A program made the position numbers and the translations under genes. DNA of 64,000 bases from Nitrospirota bacterium (GTDB lineage: Bacteria > Nitrospirota > Thermodesulfovibrionia > Thermodesulfovibrionales > UBA9159): assembly GCA_021790195.1 (NCBI GenBank), contig JAJYIF010000007.1, positions 24,192-88,191 of the forward strand, given 5' to 3'. The notes beneath the pieces are model-generated. The model did no database searches. It had not been told where the DNA came from and worked only from the letters and a program-made list of their open reading frames with translations. Shown here in pieces: positions 9,831 through 20,346 of the stretch (positions are counted from its first letter, which is position 1; each line of letters starts with the position of its first letter).

Positions 9831-10283
9831 TCACTTCGGCACCCATACCCTACCCTTGTCGATGATATGCTCCATGGCCCAGCCCCTTTTGTGAAGCTCC
9901 CTCGATATCCATTTTCTGTGGCATTTCCACGGGAACCTCTCGGAACAGAGGATGACCGACAGACTATTATGTGCGATGGCCTCCAGTCTCTCGATCCCAC
10001 GCTTGAAATCCTCAGTAAGGATATATGAGGTATATCCTCCTTTTCTGAGACCGCCCAGCTCCTCGCCGAGGAAGTGATAGACCATGTTTTCTTTCTCCAG
10101 TATTTCCCGGAGGCTTGACCTGTTGAAGGTAGTGATCTTACTTCTGGGTATGCGTCTTACGTCTATGACGTTCTCGATATTGTACGAAAGGAGTATCTCG
10201 ACGAAGTCTTCTTCGCTTCTGCGGTCGGTCCCGAGGGTGAAAATACGCTTTGCAGTTTCCACTAACCAAACCGCATGGGGCAT
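9831..10283 (-). CDS. DUF488 family protein
   Basis: RIFTLGTDRRSEEDFVEILLSYNIENVIDVRRIPRS ... VILCSERFPWKCHRKWISREL matches the remembered DUF488 pattern (IYTIGHS...DVR..P.S ... LC.E....CHR). Confidence 0.7.
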   Translation of the reverse strand: MPHAVWLVETAKRIFTLGTDRRSEEDFVEILLSYNIENVIDVRRIPRSKITTFNRSSLREILEKENMVYHFLGEELGGLRKGGYTSYILTEDFKRGIERLEAIAHNSLSVILCSERFPWKCHRKWISRELHKRGWAMEHIIDKGRVWVPK

Positions 10284-10343
10284 GGAGCAAAGGGCACTAC
10301 ATCTCTTACTCTATGCTCCAAGCACTTTGCGCCTCGCATATCT

Positions 10344-11327
10344 TCAACTGCTTATCTCACCGTCAACATTCGGGGCGCACCTGCCATAAACCTCGTCCAG
10401 GATCTCTTTCGCACCCCTCGAAAGGACGTCCTCAGCCAGCGTTGTGCCGAGTGCTTCGGGATTCCCTCTATCGCCCTCAATATGTCCTTTTATGATCCTG
10501 TCTCCCGATATGCTCCCGACAAGCCCGTCCATGACGATCCTGCCGCCCGACAACCGGGCATAAGCGGCGATAGGCACCTGACAGCCGCCCTCGAGCTTTT
10601 TCAGAAAGGCCCTCTCGGCCCTGACGCAAACCGAAGTATCCTCATGGTTAAGAGATGCGACAAGGTCGTTTATGAACGGGTCCCCGACCCTGCATTCAAT
10701 CCCGATAGCGCCCTGTCCTATTGCCGGAAGGCTTACCTCCGCCGGCATGATCTCGGTTATCCTGTTCGCCCATCCGAGTCTCTTTACGCCGGCCGCCGCC
10801 AGGATTATCGCACCGAACTGGCCTTCGTCCAGCTTTCTCAATCTCGTATCGAGATTCCCTCTCAGTTGCGCTATCCTCAGGTCAGGCCTGATGTTGAGGA
10901 GTTGTGTCGAGCGCCTTAGACTGCTCGTCCCCACAGTCGAGCCCTGGGGGAGACTTCCGAAATTCTGAATTTTGAATTTTCCATTTTGCATCTGAGATAT
11001 AAAAGCGTCCCTCGGGTCTTCCCTCTTGCATATTACCGGCAGATGAAGCCCCTCGGGAAACTCCGTAGGCACGTCCTTCATGCTGTGGACAGCAAGGTCG
11101 GCAGCGCCGCTAAGCATGGCCTCTTCTATCTCTTTCACAAAAAGGCCCTTGCCCCCGACCTTTGCAAGGGGAACATCCAGTATCTTGTCACCTGTAGTCT
11201 TTATTTTGTTCAATTCGACTTCCGCCCCGGGCAGGAGCTTCTGCAACTCCGACTTCACCCATTCCGCCTGCCAGAGCGCAAGTTTGCTGCCGCGTGTGCC
11301 TATAATGACCTTATTTCTCTTCTTCAT
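10344..11327 (-). CDS. hemC: hydroxymethylbilane synthase (porphobilinogen deaminase)
   Basis: VIIGTRGSKLALWQAEWV...HSMKDVPTEFPEGL...GNLDTRLRKLDEG...EGGCQVPIAAYA. Confidence 0.93.
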   Translation of the reverse strand: MKKRNKVIIGTRGSKLALWQAEWVKSELQKLLPGAEVELNKIKTTGDKILDVPLAKVGGKGLFVKEIEEAMLSGAADLAVHSMKDVPTEFPEGLHLPVICKREDPRDAFISQMQNGKFKIQNFGSLPQGSTVGTSSLRRSTQLLNIRPDLRIAQLRGNLDTRLRKLDEGQFGAIILAAAGVKRLGWANRITEIMPAEVSLPAIGQGAIGIECRVGDPFINDLVASLNHEDTSVCVRAERAFLKKLEGGCQVPIAAYARLSGGRIVMDGLVGSISGDRIIKGHIEGDRGNPEALGTTLAEDVLSRGAKEILDEVYGRCAPNVDGEISS

Positions 11328-12585
11328 CTCCGTTTATCCCATAAAGTTTCTTGATCATTGCGACAAGTACGTCCTTGTCTTCCGCGTCCTCTCTGAGGGC
11401 GACCGTCGGCGGGTGAATCAGTTTATTGGTTATAGCTGATGCCATATATTCGATCGCCTTCTTCTCCTTCTCTCCCAGCCCCGGGAACTTGTTGATGAGC
11501 TTTTCCAGTTCCTCTTTCTTTATCAGCTCTGCCTTGTTCCTGAGGGCCACCACGGTAGGCACCGAGCTGAGAGAGGACATCCATCTCCTGAAAGATTCGA
11601 TCTCTTCCCCGATTATAGTCTCGGCCTTTTCGGCCTCCTTCTGACGCTCCGATATATTCGCGTCCACGACTCCCTGCAGATCGTCCACGTCATAAAGGTA
11701 TACATTGTCGAGGTCGTTTGTCTCCGGATCGATGTTCCTAGGCACCGATATGTCGATAATGAATACCGGCTTCTGCTTGCGCTCCCTCATCACCTTCTGC
11801 ATCTCCTCTTTTCGAAGCACGTAGGCGGGCGCGCCCGTGGAGCATATGATAATGTCCGTATGGACCGCCTCGTGAAGGAAGTCCTCAAACTTGACCGCCC
11901 TTCCGTTCAGCTCCTTTGCGAGCTCGCATCCCCTCTCGAATGTCCTGTTGACCACGACCACTTTCGTCACGCCGAAGTTCATCATATGCTTTGCAGCGAG
12001 TTCGGCCATCTCACCCGCGCCGAGGAGCATAAAGGATTTTTCCGGGAGGTCGGTGAATATCTTCCTCGCAAGTTCCAGGGCCGCGAAACTGATCGAAACC
12101 GCATTCTCCGCTATCCGGGTCTCGGTCCTCACCCTCTTTGCAACGGAGATGGTCTTCTTCATCAACCTGTTGAGCAGGATACCTGTTGTCTTCTTTTCGA
12201 GAGCGAACTCGAAAGCGTCCTTGAGCTGACCCAATATCTGCGGCTCGCCGACAACCATGGAGTCGAGGCTCGAACCGACCCTGAAGACGTGTCTGACCGC
12301 ATCCAGGTTCCTGTAGAGGTAAAGCGATTTTTCGAGGGCGGCGCTCTTTAAGCCGTGGAACTCCGAAAGGAAGGCCTTTACCTGATCGAATGCTGTCTCA
12401 GGCTCCTTTACGTTTAAGTAAATCTCAACCCTGTTACATGTCGAGAGGATTATCGCCTCCTCAACGCCCGGCAGACCGCCGAGTTTGAGCAAACCCTCGC
12501 TGAGCTTCTCTCCGTTGAAGGCAAGCCTCTCTCTCACCTCCACATCCGCAGTCTTATGGTTCAAACCGACGACGAGGATATTCAT
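11311..12585 (-). CDS. hemA: glutamyl-tRNA reductase
   Basis: MNILVVGLNHKTADVEVRERLAF...ILSTCNRVEIY...LLGAGEMAEL. It overlaps hemC by 17 nt. Confidence 0.93.
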   Translation of the reverse strand: MNILVVGLNHKTADVEVRERLAFNGEKLSEGLLKLGGLPGVEEAIILSTCNRVEIYLNVKEPETAFDQVKAFLSEFHGLKSAALEKSLYLYRNLDAVRHVFRVGSSLDSMVVGEPQILGQLKDAFEFALEKKTTGILLNRLMKKTISVAKRVRTETRIAENAVSISFAALELARKIFTDLPEKSFMLLGAGEMAELAAKHMMNFGVTKVVVVNRTFERGCELAKELNGRAVKFEDFLHEAVHTDIIICSTGAPAYVLRKEEMQKVMRERKQKPVFIIDISVPRNIDPETNDLDNVYLYDVDDLQGVVDANISERQKEAEKAETIIGEEIESFRRWMSSLSSVPTVVALRNKAELIKKEELEKLINKFPGLGEKEKKAIEYMASAITNKLIHPPTVALREDAEDKDVLVAMIKKLYGINGDEEEK

Positions 12586-13406
12586 ACAAAAGCATGAAGC
12601 CCTTTTAAGAGGAGATTAACACCGAAGAAAGTGAAGATCACACTGAGGAAGCCCACAATGGAGAGTATGGCGGCCTTTCTCCCCCGCCAACCCGCGGTCA
12701 GGCGGGCATGAAGCACGAGGGCATAGATGAACCATGTGATCAGCGACCACACCTCTTTCGGGTCCCATCTCCAGTAGCTTCCCCACGCGCTCTCGGCCCA
12801 GAGGGCGCCGGTTATGATAGCGAGAGTGAGCAGCGGGAAGCCGAGAGTGATGAGCCTGTAATTGATTTCATCCAGGATCTGGAGATTGGGAAGCCTGTCG
12901 AACAATCCCCCGAGGCGCTTGGACTTCAGGTGATGCTCCTGGATGAGGTACATTATGCCGATTCCGAAAGCGGTCGCGAAGGCGGCGTCTCCGAGAAAAG
13001 CCAGGAATGTGTGTATGCCAAGCCAGTAGCTCTGAAGCACCGGGCTCAGCGGCTTTATCTCTCTCGGCAGAATAGAGGACGAAAGCATAAGCACGAACAC
13101 TATCGGCATTGTGAAAGGACCGAGGAGGTCGATCCTGTAGCGGTATTCGAGGAAAAAGAAGATTACGACTATGCACCACGCAAAAAAAGACGAGGCCTCG
13201 TGGAGACTCGTAATGGGGAGATGCCCCGAAACCGTATACCTCACCACGATCGTCGCGGAATGCAGGACAAAGCCGGCAACGGCAAAGACGAGAACAAAAT
13301 TGGACGTCTTCTTTGTGCCTTTGAAGAGCTCCACGATGCCCACGATGGCGGCCGCGAAATAGAACGTCAGGCTGAGTTCAAAAAGAAGCACACTCATCAG
13401 AAACAA
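12582..13406 (-). CDS. cytochrome c assembly protein, CcsA/HemX family
   Basis: Polytopic membrane protein with the Trp-rich motif WAESAWGSYWRWDPKEVWSLITW. It overlaps the hemA start by 4 nt. Confidence 0.8.
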   Translation of the reverse strand: MFLMSVLLFELSLTFYFAAAIVGIVELFKGTKKTSNFVLVFAVAGFVLHSATIVVRYTVSGHLPITSLHEASSFFAWCIVVIFFFLEYRYRIDLLGPFTMPIVFVLMLSSSILPREIKPLSPVLQSYWLGIHTFLAFLGDAAFATAFGIGIMYLIQEHHLKSKRLGGLFDRLPNLQILDEINYRLITLGFPLLTLAIITGALWAESAWGSYWRWDPKEVWSLITWFIYALVLHARLTAGWRGRKAAILSIVGFLSVIFTFFGVNLLLKGLHAFV

Positions 13407-14092
13407 CCAAGCTCGCAGTCCGTGATCTTGATGTCGAGCTCATCAGCGATCTTGCCGACTTCCCTGAATCTGACATCCAGCTCCTCGGCGATCTTTCTGG
13501 CAACGGGACACGGGATCTTACCGTGAACGGATTTCTTCTTCAATAATGACCTAATCTGTTCCTTAGCTTCGACCATTTCCTCTATGTATTCAAGAAAGGC
13601 CTTGTAATCGCTCTCGGACCTCCCTAAAACCTTGGCCCCTTTCGGCAGCTCCAGGGGGATCTCTCCTTCGAGAACTACCACATCGGCTTTATGGAGAATA
13701 TCTCTCGCGTCAGCCTTGATATTTCGCGCATCGCCTCCAAATATAAATATTATAATATCGGGACTTAAAAACTCAATTGCACTATTGCCTTCAACAACGA
13801 TACCTTTAAGATCCGAGAGCCTCTCGACAGCCATCGGAAGGACGTCCCCGAGATCGGACGGCGGGGACTGCACCCACATGACGCGCTCCGCCCCGGAGTC
13901 GATCATCCTCCTCGTGTCCTTGCCCTCCTCCATCAGGGTCTCCGGGTCGTCCACAAGGGAGCAATACAGCCCGGTCTTAGTACATTTTATTGCGCCCCAT
14001 TCTGGAAAGCGCCGGAGGATGAGGGATGCATAAACCGTCTTTCCGGCACCGCTATGCGCGCCGGCAACACCTATGATGATGGGTCTCGTCAT
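13397..14092 (-). CDS. P-loop NTPase (MobB/BioD-like) with small Cys-containing C-terminal domain
   Basis: The P-loop reads IIIGVAGAHSGAGKTV, with VVEGNSAIEF downstream. The C-terminal 45 aa read KIPCPVARKIAEELDVRFREVGKIADELDIKITDCELGCF. It overlaps the ccsA-like gene by 10 nt. Confidence 0.55.
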   Translation of the reverse strand: MTRPIIIGVAGAHSGAGKTVYASLILRRFPEWGAIKCTKTGLYCSLVDDPETLMEEGKDTRRMIDSGAERVMWVQSPPSDLGDVLPMAVERLSDLKGIVVEGNSAIEFLSPDIIIFIFGGDARNIKADARDILHKADVVVLEGEIPLELPKGAKVLGRSESDYKAFLEYIEEMVEAKEQIRSLLKKKSVHGKIPCPVARKIAEELDVRFREVGKIADELDIKITDCELGCF

Positions 14093-14170
14093 GATGAAAA
14101 AAAGGTGAAAGTCAAGGCTTAGATCAAGGCGGGGAATGCCGGACTTCAGACTTAGCCTTAACCTTGATCT

Positions 14171-16480
14171 CTATCCTACAGGGACAGCTTCTTCGGCCGG
14201 CGTCATTTCTTCCCTTTTTTCCTTATAACCGCATTCTTTCTTATGGCAGAAGACTATCGTCTGTCCCGTCTTGTCGCGTTTTTCGAAGAGGAATTCAGCG
14301 CCGCACTTGGGACAGCCCACCGGGACAGGTTTGCTCCAGGAGGCGAATTTGCATTTCGGGTAGTTGCCGCAGCTCCAGAAGGGTTTACCCCGCCTCGTGC
14401 GTCGCTCGACAATATCTCCTCCGTCCTCCGGACATTTCACCCCGGTCGAAACAGGCTTCGTGGTCTTGCATTCAGGATAGCGCGAGCAGGCAAGAAACTT
14501 GCCGAACCGCCCTGACCTCTGCACCATGGGAGAACCGCACACCTCGCATTTCAGGTCGGTCACGACAACCGGCGCCTGCGGCTCCTGCCCTTCCAGCGGC
14601 CTTGTGTTCTTGCAATTCGGATAGCCGGAGCAGGCCATAAACCTTCCATGACGCCCCCATTTTATTACCATGGGCATTCCGCATTTTTCGCAGACCACAT
14701 CGGTAGGAATATCGGCGGGCCTCACCTTCCCCAGGGTCTTGGACGCCTCGGAGAGGTCGTGATTGAAGGGCTTATAGAAGTCCTTCACAACCTTGGCCCA
14801 TTTCATCCTGCCCTCCTCTACCCGGTCGAGCTCATCCTCCATTCTGGCGGTAAAACCTATGTCTATCAGCCCGGAGAATTTCTCCACGAGGAGGTCATTC
14901 ACCACAATGCCAAGCTCGGTCGGCGCGAACCTCCCGTCATCCTTATGCACATACTTTCTGTCCTGAATAGTGGAAAGGATGGCCGCATATGTGCTCGGCC
15001 TTCCGATGCCTTTCTCTTCGAGGGTCTTGACGAGCGTCGCCTCCGTATAACGGGGCGGCGGCTGAGTAAAATGCTGGGCGGGCACAATCTCCAGGGTCTT
15101 CAGAGCTTCCCCCGGCTTCAACATCGGGAATATCCCGCCTTCCTCTTCCTCTATCTCGTCCTTGCTTTCAGTATATAAGGCCATGAAGCCGTCAAATCTG
15201 ACCACTGTCCCTGAGGCCCTGACTTCAATCTCCTTCTCGCGGTCCCCGACTAAAAAGGTCGTCTGTTCGAGCCTTGCAGCGGACATCTGGCTGGCGATGA
15301 ACCTGTTCCATACGAGCGTATAAAGATTGTAAAGGTCCTTCGAGAGGAACTGCTTCAGGGCCGCCGGGGGTCTGTTCATATCGGTGGGCCTTATCGCTTC
15401 ATGGGCCTCCTGAGCGGTACTCTTGCTTTTATAGACCGGAGGGTTCTCCGGGACGTAATCCTTTCCGAACCTCCCCGCAATATATTCCCTCGCCCATTGC
15501 TGCGCCTCAGAGGCGACCCTGACAGAGTCGGTGCGCATGTATGTGATAAGCCCTACTGAACCCTCGTCCCCCAATTCAATGCCCTCATAAAGCTGCTGCG
15601 CCAGCGCCATAGTCCTTTTCGCCGTGTACCTCAATTTCCTTGCGGCCTCCTGCTGCATAGTGCTCGTTGTGAAGGGCGGATAAGGCGACCTCTTCCTGTC
15701 CTTCTTTTCGACCTTCAGGACGGAAAGACTCTTCCTTCCTATCTCTTCGGAGATCCGCGCCGCTTCATCGGAAGTCCTTATAAGAAAACGGTCCCTTCCT
15801 TCGGCCTCACGGTTGATCACCAATGACCCGTGATACTTATAAAGCCTTCCGGCAAAGGTTGGAGGCGTTGAGCCCTCCAGCCGGAGGCTCACATCCCAGT
15901 ATTCCTCTTTTTGAAAAGCCTCGATCTCCCTCTCCCTGTCGACAACAAGCTTCACTGCAACAGACTGGACCCGGCCGGCGCTGAGACCGCGCCTCACCTT
16001 TTTCCAGAGGAGAGGACTCAATCCATATCCCACAAGCCTGTCGAGAACCCTCCTTGCCTGTTGCGCCTCGACCTTGTCCATATCGATCTTGCCGGGATTC
16101 TTCATTGCTTCCCGGACGGCCCTCTCGGTGATCTCATTAAAGGTAACCCTGTATATCTTTTCGTCGCCTGCCGAAGATCGTGATCCCGAGATAGCCGTTG
16201 CAATATGCCATGCGATGGCCTCTCCTTCCCTGTCGGGGTCGGGAGCTAGGAAGACCTTCTCTGCCTGTTTTGCGGCTTTCTTCAGCTCCCTGATGATCTT
16301 CTCTTTTCCGGGAATGGTCACATAGTGGGGCTCGAAGCCCTTCTCGACATCGACTCCCATCTCCTTTTTCGGAAGGTCCCTGATGTGGCCCACGGACGCC
16401 TTCACAAAAAAGTCCTTGCCCAGGATCTTATTTATGGTATTCGCCTTTGCGGGCGACTCCACTATAACAAGGGATTTCAC
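14171..16480 (-). CDS. topA: DNA topoisomerase I
   Basis: GTG start preceded by AGGAGG. MKSLVIVESPAKANTINKILGKDFFVKASVGHIRDLP is the TOPRIM region. The C-terminus has several CxxC...CxxC zinc ribbons. Confidence 0.95.
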   Translation of the reverse strand: MKSLVIVESPAKANTINKILGKDFFVKASVGHIRDLPKKEMGVDVEKGFEPHYVTIPGKEKIIRELKKAAKQAEKVFLAPDPDREGEAIAWHIATAISGSRSSAGDEKIYRVTFNEITERAVREAMKNPGKIDMDKVEAQQARRVLDRLVGYGLSPLLWKKVRRGLSAGRVQSVAVKLVVDREREIEAFQKEEYWDVSLRLEGSTPPTFAGRLYKYHGSLVINREAEGRDRFLIRTSDEAARISEEIGRKSLSVLKVEKKDRKRSPYPPFTTSTMQQEAARKLRYTAKRTMALAQQLYEGIELGDEGSVGLITYMRTDSVRVASEAQQWAREYIAGRFGKDYVPENPPVYKSKSTAQEAHEAIRPTDMNRPPAALKQFLSKDLYNLYTLVWNRFIASQMSAARLEQTTFLVGDREKEIEVRASGTVVRFDGFMALYTESKDEIEEEEGGIFPMLKPGEALKTLEIVPAQHFTQPPPRYTEATLVKTLEEKGIGRPSTYAAILSTIQDRKYVHKDDGRFAPTELGIVVNDLLVEKFSGLIDIGFTARMEDELDRVEEGRMKWAKVVKDFYKPFNHDLSEASKTLGKVRPADIPTDVVCEKCGMPMVIKWGRHGRFMACSGYPNCKNTRPLEGQEPQAPVVVTDLKCEVCGSPMVQRSGRFGKFLACSRYPECKTTKPVSTGVKCPEDGGDIVERRTRRGKPFWSCGNYPKCKFASWSKPVPVGCPKCGAEFLFEKRDKTGQTIVFCHKKECGYKEKREEMTPAEEAVPVG

Positions 16481-16492
16481 CTATACCTCCTC

Positions 16493-16666
16493 TTAGTGCC
16501 AGAGAATTCTCTTGCCTTCACCAAAAATGTATGCATAAATCTCTTCCCTGTCAAGGCGCGTGTCCTTCATAAGGATAGAGACAAGCAGCGCCCTTATTGC
16601 GTCAAGCTCGTCGTCTTCAAGACGAAACCGCTCTTCAGTTGATTGTCTCACGGTTTTATTGGCCAT
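16493..16666 (-). CDS. possible small protein (57 aa), Smg/DUF494-like by position
   Basis: Below the track's 60-aa cut-off. It reads MANKTVRQSTEERFRLEDDELDAIRALLVSILMKDTRLDREEIYAYIFGEGKRILWH. It sits between dprA and topA, where E. coli has smg, and shows loose resemblance to the Smg C-terminus (FELEDLKWVILMVLF...). Confidence 0.35.
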   Translation of the reverse strand: MANKTVRQSTEERFRLEDDELDAIRALLVSILMKDTRLDREEIYAYIFGEGKRILWH

Positions 16667-16723
16667 TTCGCTGAGCGCTGTCCTTGATTCCTTATTGATT
16701 TCTTCGGTCCTGTTATCCGGACC

Positions 16724-17848
16724 TCAGCAAACGAGATAAAACATCTTGCCTTCAGCCTGTCTGACGATTCCCTTCAGTTCAAGGTTCAACAGCAGCGAGA
16801 GCGCCCTGGCAGGTGCGAGAGAAAGCCGCCTCGACAAATCATCTATGTGCACCGGTTCTCCCGTTAGTATATCACAGAGACTTTTTTCTTCATCCGTCAT
16901 CGCGGCCTGAGCTCCGCTAAACTTCTTTGCACCGCCCGGAGATGCAGATCTTTTCGCCGCCCCCACGTATCCTTTCAATACAGGCGCCAGTTCTTCTATT
17001 ATATCATCCGATTTCTGAACAAGTTTTGCGCCCTTCCTGATCAACTCGTTAGTCCCTGCCGCAGTCGGGGAATTAATATTCGCCGGGACGGCGAAGACCT
17101 CCCGGTTCTGTTCGAGGGCCGAGTTCGCGGTTATCAGAGCGCCGCTCCCTGCCGCCGCCTCGACGACAACGACCCCGAGTGAAAGTCCGCTGATCAATCT
17201 GTTCCTTCTCGGAAAATTTTCCCTTGTCGGTTGAGTCCCGAAAGGGAACTCGCTTACGACGCATCCCGAACCTGATATCTTCTCCATGAGCCCTATGTTC
17301 TCCGGCGGATAAGCCCGGTCTATGCCCGAGCCGAGCACCGCAATAGTCCTTCCTCCGGCTTCAAGGGCGCCTTTGTGTGCTACCGTGTCGATACCCCGCG
17401 CCATGCCGCTCACTACAGTAAAGCCCGCTCCGGCAAGGTCCGAAGAAAGTCTTTCGGCCACGAGCCTTCCATATGATGTAGTCTTTCTCGATCCCACAAT
17501 CGCTATCGCGAATTTGTCTTCGTCTTCGATACGTCCCTTCACAAAAATTACGGCCGGGGCATCTTCTATTTGGCGCAGCAAGGAGGGATATTCCGGGCTG
17601 ACGCAGGTAACGGCACGGGCCTTGCTCTTGTCCAGCAGCTCCACCTGCTCTTCCACATTCCTCCACCCGGCAAACTGCTTTATGTTTCTTGCCTTTCTCT
17701 CACTGATTCCGGACACGCGCACAAGGTCTTCCGCAGTCGCATCAAACACCGCCTCAGGGCTCCCGAAGGCGGAAAGCAATCTTCTAAAAGTAATGTTACC
17801 GATCTCGGGGACCATCAAGAGCGCGATCCAGGACTCAAGATGAAACAT
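16724..17848 (-). CDS. dprA: DNA-processing protein DprA (Smf)
   Basis: [13 protein letters not shown]...[38 protein letters not shown], followed by a C-terminal winged-helix-like tail. Confidence 0.92.
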   Translation of the reverse strand: MFHLESWIALLMVPEIGNITFRRLLSAFGSPEAVFDATAEDLVRVSGISERKARNIKQFAGWRNVEEQVELLDKSKARAVTCVSPEYPSLLRQIEDAPAVIFVKGRIEDEDKFAIAIVGSRKTTSYGRLVAERLSSDLAGAGFTVVSGMARGIDTVAHKGALEAGGRTIAVLGSGIDRAYPPENIGLMEKISGSGCVVSEFPFGTQPTRENFPRRNRLISGLSLGVVVVEAAAGSGALITANSALEQNREVFAVPANINSPTAAGTNELIRKGAKLVQKSDDIIEELAPVLKGYVGAAKRSASPGGAKKFSGAQAAMTDEEKSLCDILTGEPVHIDDLSRRLSLAPARALSLLLNLELKGIVRQAEGKMFYLVC

Positions 17849-19043
17849 GGGGATTTCTTAACAACTTTCTCACTCTCAGGCGAAGGGCATTGAGTTTGAT
17901 AAAGCCTTCGGCATCCCTTTGGTCGTAAACTCCCTCTTCCTCGAAAGTGGCAAGTTCCGGATGATAAAGAGACCTTTCCGACTTTCTTCCCGCCACGAGA
18001 CAGGTCCCTTTGTAAAGTTTCAGACGCACCGTCCCCGATACGTCTCTTTGCATTTCATCGACCATGTGCTGGATCGCCTCTCTTTCGGGCGACATCCAAT
18101 AACCGTAGTATACGAGCTCTGCATACCTGGGGATTAGAGAATCCCTGAGATGCAGGGTCTCGCGATCGAGGGTCAAAGACTCGACAGCCCTGTGAGCGAC
18201 GTGCAGCACGGATCCTCCCGGGGTCTCATAAACCCCGCGGGATTTCATGCCTACATATCTGTTCTCCACTATATCGGCCCTGCCAATGCCGTTTGCACCC
18301 GCGAGACTGTTCAGCTTGGAAAGCAGGTCTGACGGACCCAGGGCCTTTCCGTCGACGGCAACGGCGTCTCCCCGCTCATATGTTATCTCAATGTAAAGAG
18401 GCTTGTCAGGGGCCTTTTCGGGAGGCGTCATCATTGTGTACATATCCTGCGGCGGCTCGGCCCAGGGGTCTTCGAGGATTCCCCCCTCATAGCTTATGTG
18501 AAACAGATTCCTGTCTGTGCTGTACGGTTTTTCCTTTGTCGCTGCGACCGGTATGCCGTGCCTCTCCGAATACTCTATCAGCGACTGGCGAGACTTAAAC
18601 GGCCATTCCCTCCATGGCGCTATCACCTTTACGTCGGGCTTCAGCGCATAATAAGTGAGCTCGAATCTCACCTGGTCATTCCCTTTGCCGGTCGCGCCGT
18701 GGGCCACGGCCTCGGCGCCCTCCTTCTCGGCTATCTCTATCTGTCTCTTCGCTATGAGCGGTCTTGCGATGGACGTGCCGAGCAGGTATGACCCCTCGTA
18801 TACCGCATTGGCACGCAGCATAGGAAATATATATTCGGAAACAAACTCCTCGCGCAGGTCTTCCACATAAGCCTTTGACGCGCCTGTCTTCAGCGCCTTT
18901 TCTCTGACCGCGCCAAGGTCTTCACCCTGTCCGAGGTCGGCGCAGAACGCGATGATCTCGGCGCCGTAAGTCTCTTTGAGCCACTTTATCGCCACAGATG
19001 TATCAAGCCCGCCGGAATATGCGAGAACAATCTTCTTTATCAT
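17835..19043 (-). CDS. argG: argininosuccinate synthase
   Basis: [24 protein letters not shown]...[15 protein letters not shown]...[14 protein letters not shown]. Confidence 0.95.
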   Translation of the reverse strand: MIKKIVLAYSGGLDTSVAIKWLKETYGAEIIAFCADLGQGEDLGAVREKALKTGASKAYVEDLREEFVSEYIFPMLRANAVYEGSYLLGTSIARPLIAKRQIEIAEKEGAEAVAHGATGKGNDQVRFELTYYALKPDVKVIAPWREWPFKSRQSLIEYSERHGIPVAATKEKPYSTDRNLFHISYEGGILEDPWAEPPQDMYTMMTPPEKAPDKPLYIEITYERGDAVAVDGKALGPSDLLSKLNSLAGANGIGRADIVENRYVGMKSRGVYETPGGSVLHVAHRAVESLTLDRETLHLRDSLIPRYAELVYYGYWMSPEREAIQHMVDEMQRDVSGTVRLKLYKGTCLVAGRKSERSLYHPELATFEEEGVYDQRDAEGFIKLNALRLRVRKLLRNPHVSS

Positions 19044-19276
19044 GTGTCCCTAAAACCTCTCTTTCACACTGCGGCGCGCGGCCGCTTTCAAAGTATAAAC
19101 CTTAGCACAAATGGAAAATAAATTTCAAAAGGGCATGATCAGAAAATGCTATCCACAGCGAACAAGGTGGCGAGTATATCGGGACAAGGCTCTTCGCGAT
19201 ATTGGATTACGCGACTTCTTATCCCGCAGCAGGCGAAGTTCCCCGCCTCAAATAATCCGGTTAAACAACAGCGCCT

Positions 19277-20236
19277 TCAGTCGAGTGTGGTGTCGTCCAG
19301 TATATCCTCATAGAACTTTTTCAGGTTGGGAAGGGTCTTCTCCGCCATAGCCTTCATCCCGCTCCTAGGATGTTCATTGAGTATGCCGGTTATCATGTAG
19401 GGAATGTGATAACCCCATTCGACCTCGGCCTTCAAGGGAATAAAAATCTCCTGAATGACCTCGAAAATGGGCCTGATATCGAACTTCGGGTTCTTCAGGA
19501 ACGCCAGGAGAAGCTCCAGCGGACAATTACCCGCGCCCCTGCCCATTCCGTAAAGAGTAGCGTCAATGCGGTTGACGCCCGCGATGATCGCCTCAACGGT
19601 ATTGGCAAATGCGAGCTGCTGGTTATTGTGAGCGTGTATACCGAGTTCCTTGCCGGGCAGGGCCGCAAAGTACTTCTTGGCAAGAAAGTGGATCTGCTCG
19701 GAATACAGCGCGCCGAAGCTGTCCACGATATATATGGTTTCCACTCTGCTCTTGGCAAGGTCGTCCAGGGCCTCATCAAGGTCCCTCTCGAGGACCTTTG
19801 AGACAGCCATCAGATTTATTGTCGCCTCATAGCCCTTGTCTATGCATTCGTGCGCGAGGCGAATGCCCTTATCGACTTCCTTGACATAGCAGGCAACCCT
19901 TATCATATCGAGGACGCTGTCCTTCTTCAGGGGTATGTCCTCCTGATCGATCCGGCCTATGTCAGCCATCGCAGACAGCCTCATCCTGGTATTTGTCTCA
20001 CCGATTATTCTTCTGACATCCTCTTCAGTGCAAAACTTCCACGCCCCGTTGTCCTTCCGGGAGAAATACTTCTCTGAAGATTTGTATCCTATCTCCATGT
20101 AATCCACACCGGCCTTCGAAAGGGCGAGAAAGACTTTCCTGACCAGATCGTCGCTAAACTGCCAGTTGTTGATTAAACCACCGTCGCGGATAGTGCAATC
20201 CAGGACCTTAATCTGCGGACGAAACATATCTGTCAC
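19277..20236 (-). CDS. HMGL-like (DRE-TIM) aldolase / pyruvate carboxyltransferase-domain protein
   Basis: IKVLDCTIRDGGLINNWQFS...AGVDYMEIGY...GIHAHNNQQLAFANT is the typical HMGL-like metal-binding pattern. Confidence 0.6.
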   Translation of the reverse strand: MTDMFRPQIKVLDCTIRDGGLINNWQFSDDLVRKVFLALSKAGVDYMEIGYKSSEKYFSRKDNGAWKFCTEEDVRRIIGETNTRMRLSAMADIGRIDQEDIPLKKDSVLDMIRVACYVKEVDKGIRLAHECIDKGYEATINLMAVSKVLERDLDEALDDLAKSRVETIYIVDSFGALYSEQIHFLAKKYFAALPGKELGIHAHNNQQLAFANTVEAIIAGVNRIDATLYGMGRGAGNCPLELLLAFLKNPKFDIRPIFEVIQEIFIPLKAEVEWGYHIPYMITGILNEHPRSGMKAMAEKTLPNLKKFYEDILDDTTLD

Positions 20237-20346
20237 CTCCTGAAAACATTTCTCAGCTGCAGAAGACGCCTCTCGCTGCTCGGAATTCTTTAGACCGCTA
20301 AGTTATCAATTATACACAATTGACTGAATGCCTGTGAAGACGCGGC

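Noticed and set aside
12708-13526. 272-aa plus-strand ORF (the same applies to 33218..34015, 265 aa)
   Set aside because: They are antisense to the ccsA-like/P-loop genes and to gspA respectively, and no family features are present.
14100-14170. Imperfect inverted repeats (AGATCAAGG...CCTTGATCT) after topA as a terminator
   Set aside because: The 9-bp arms are separated by a loop of about 33 nt, and the T-tract is about 20 nt away from the stem. There is not enough for a confident terminator call.
19112-19127. ARG-box-like sequence TGGAAAATAAATTTCA, 70 bp upstream of argG
   Set aside because: It is only a partial palindrome in a generally AT-rich spacer and there is a single copy, whereas ArgR boxes usually come in pairs. 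The evidence is too weak to call.
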